In this document: piece after piece, positions 61,661-64,000 of the stretch
Position numbering within the stretch: the first letter of the stretch is position 1
How the letters are laid out: every line of letters begins with the position of its first letter
From: Euprymna scolopes
Lineage: Eukaryota
Assembly: GCA_053919585.1 (NCBI GenBank)
Contig: CM132784.1
Strand: one strand, 5' to 3'
Length of the DNA stretch: 64,000 nucleotides
Made by a program: the position numbers and the translations under genes
Notes under the pieces: model-generated
The model's database searches: none
Told to the model about the DNA's origin: nothing
What the model saw: the letters and a program-made list of their open reading frames with translations, nothing else

Positions 61661-64000
61661 AACAATAACAGATTCATAACATGCAAACAATCTCTAAACA
61701 GGGGGAGGTGGAGGAGAGGGGAGCAGAGGGGGATTCTTTAACTTTACACTGCTGGTCAGCGAATGGGGAACAACCACTACTACTTTTACTACTATTACTA
61801 CAAAATTAATACTGAATTACCAAATGAACCATCCATCAACTTATCATCTGTCTTGAATTATGGTGTGTGGGTGTGCGAATAAATTAGTAAGTCTTACCAA
61901 TAATACCGCTCAATCCCCTACCACTCAACAGAAAAAATTATTTTTTGACCACTACCGACAGGCTGTGACCACCTTGTTCTTAAGCCTACCAAATGTATAA
62001 CCAAGGTTGTGGACTCCTCCCACTCCTCCTCCTTCCCCCATCTAAATGATGTCATGTGACAACAAGCCATTAACATCAATCAGTGCCAGTCACTTTTTGC
62101 CTGTGCCTTTTTATAAAGAAAAACAATTTAATCTATTGTGATGATTTATTAGAATGGTTTCTTTCATCTGCAGTCATATATATATATATGTGTGTGTGTG
62201 TGTGGTCAATCACTGTCATTTGTTATATTGGAGGGAGTCACATGTTGCTGCTTTAAGGTAAAAACTAGAACAAAAAGGAATCCCAATATCTCTCCCAATT
62301 ATGCGTGCTACCTCCCCTATCTTGATGAATTGGAAACGTACTCCTACAAAAGAAAGTGAAAGCAAAAAAAAAAAAACAAAAAAAAAACACAGAGGATGCC
62401 AATGATAAATTGGAGAGAAAGAAAGGAAAGAAGAAATGAAAAAGTTAATATTTTTAGGGAGATTGTTGGGGATCGTTTCTGAATGTTTTCTTGATGATAT
62501 CAGTTGTATCCAGATTTAGGAAATGCAGCTTCCATTGTCAAATGTTGTCTATCCATCACCCTCATTGACCACACACATACATGAATACATATACATATAT
62601 ACACACAAACTCAAATGTGTGTATATATGTATTTAATATGAATACACACAGACATAATGTGGGCCCACTGATCCAACCTTAATTTATGTATGTAGATCTG
62701 ATGAATGGTGTGATTTGAAGAATTAGGGAGATTTTTTTTTTTTTCATTTGTTAGCGTGAGTGCTGGGAGTAAATGTCTCTGCGGTTAATCTGTTTTATTT
62801 AATCTTGAGATTTATATATGTTGGATTTTTTTATTCTTTATTTTGTCCGTTAAATTTGAAATAAATATCTTTTGTTCCGAATGATGATGATCGGTGGGAG
62901 GAACTTTTGGAGAGTATGTTCTTTTAGTTCATAAAAAAACTGCTTATTTCTGTCTTCATCTTTGCCTCTCAATTCCAAGTATAATAATGAAGTTGAGATG
63001 ATGGAAGGAGTAAAGTAGGTAATGGCATTTTCTTGTTAGTATTTAATTTAGTTATGTGAAAGATGTAGATATTTAACTTTAAGATGGAGATACTCTTTAC
63101 AAAATTTGTCCATTTGTACTCTTTTCAGAAATAGGATGAATGTTAATTATATCTTTTGATCTGAGTTTTTTTTTTTTAATAGGTTTTCTTATGTATTCCT
63201 TGCCACACAGTATGATTGTCAAATGATAACAAAGGAAACCTTTTTAAGATGTATCAGAAATGGTTGGATTCTGCTGGCCCCCATTATTACCCCTTGCTGG
63301 CAATTTAACATCTGTTGCTGTCTATATACAAAGCAAGATGATTTATTCCAGCAATGCAAACATTGTCATTTATTTTGCATATTTACAAACATTAATTCCT
63401 GGGTTTATTATTTGTTTATCAACAGAGGAGGATGGTATTTATTTGAAATTCCTTTTATTTATTCAGATTTTATTTTTCCTTTTCCATTTCTCCCCCTCTT
63501 TGAGCTCTACACAATTTGAAGTTCAATTTTACAGTAATTGTGCGGTCAAAAAAAAAAAAAAGAATCCTGTTTTTCTTCTGTTTAGTAGCAAAGAAAAATG
63601 TTTTGGCTGCAACAGTATTGTAGAATTGAACCCAACTGACCCGTGTAATTCTAATAATGGCTGTTGAGTTTCATAATCAGAAGAATAAAAAAAAAAGATG
63701 GGTGTTTTGGCTGTAAATTGTCATCTCCCTCCAAAGACTGCAGATTGAAATAAAACAAAAAAATATAAAGCCTCCCGTGAAAGTCGTTTGAAAGCCAATC
63801 GGATGTAAGACATTGGATTGCAAGTGGGTGTCTTACACGTTTTGGTTCAGGATTGAGATCATTTATGAAATGCTGAAGCAGCATGTATTAAAAAAATTTC
63901 TTCTTTCCTTATCAGAGAAAAAAAAAACTCTCATCCTCTGGAAAAAAAAAATCTGTTCCGGAGTTGCTTTATGGAGTTTTTCTTTTGTGTAAAGTGTGCG
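61661..64000 (+). other. RERE: RERE 3'UTR (end not determined)
   Basis: Follows the stop codon; no recognisable TE remnants; several AATAAA hexamers but no decisive polyA site. Confidence 0.6.

Noticed and set aside
63223-63884. ORFs of 77-135 aa near the window end
   Set aside because: Composition typical of U-rich UTR translation; no splice or homology support.

Overview
AT-rich eukaryotic (animal) genomic DNA. The repeat content and gene architecture suggest an invertebrate, possibly a coleoid cephalopod, but this is an inference and was not checked. The window is almost entirely the 3' portion of one + strand gene, RERE/Atrophin (arginine-glutamic acid dipeptide repeats protein). I reconstructed 15 coding exons by hand (660-61660) with consistent splice phases. 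They give 3984 nt of CDS (1327 aa + stop): end of the SANT domain, a GATA-type zinc finger, a 1793-nt Pro/Gln/His exon with polyQ, atrophin-domain motifs, RE repeats and the HX repeat. The N-terminal BAH/ELM2/most-of-SANT exons must lie upstream of the window. One intron has a GC donor. Introns hold decayed Tc1/mariner transposons, LINEs (one nested), non-autonomous Helitrons, tRNA- and 5S-rRNA-headed SINEs, several long foldback inverted repeats and (TA)n microsatellites. The most interesting candidates are: (1) a tRNA-headed SINE-like family ending in a Penelope-type minimal hammerhead ribozyme, with one copy carrying a 90-bp head-to-head inverted head; (2) 5S-derived SINEs that appear to swap body modules with tRNA-SINEs; (3) a probable alternative terminal exon and long alternative 3'UTR inside intron 13; (4) inverted LINE copies bracketing exons 5-7 (circRNA candidate). 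Exon numbers are window-relative.
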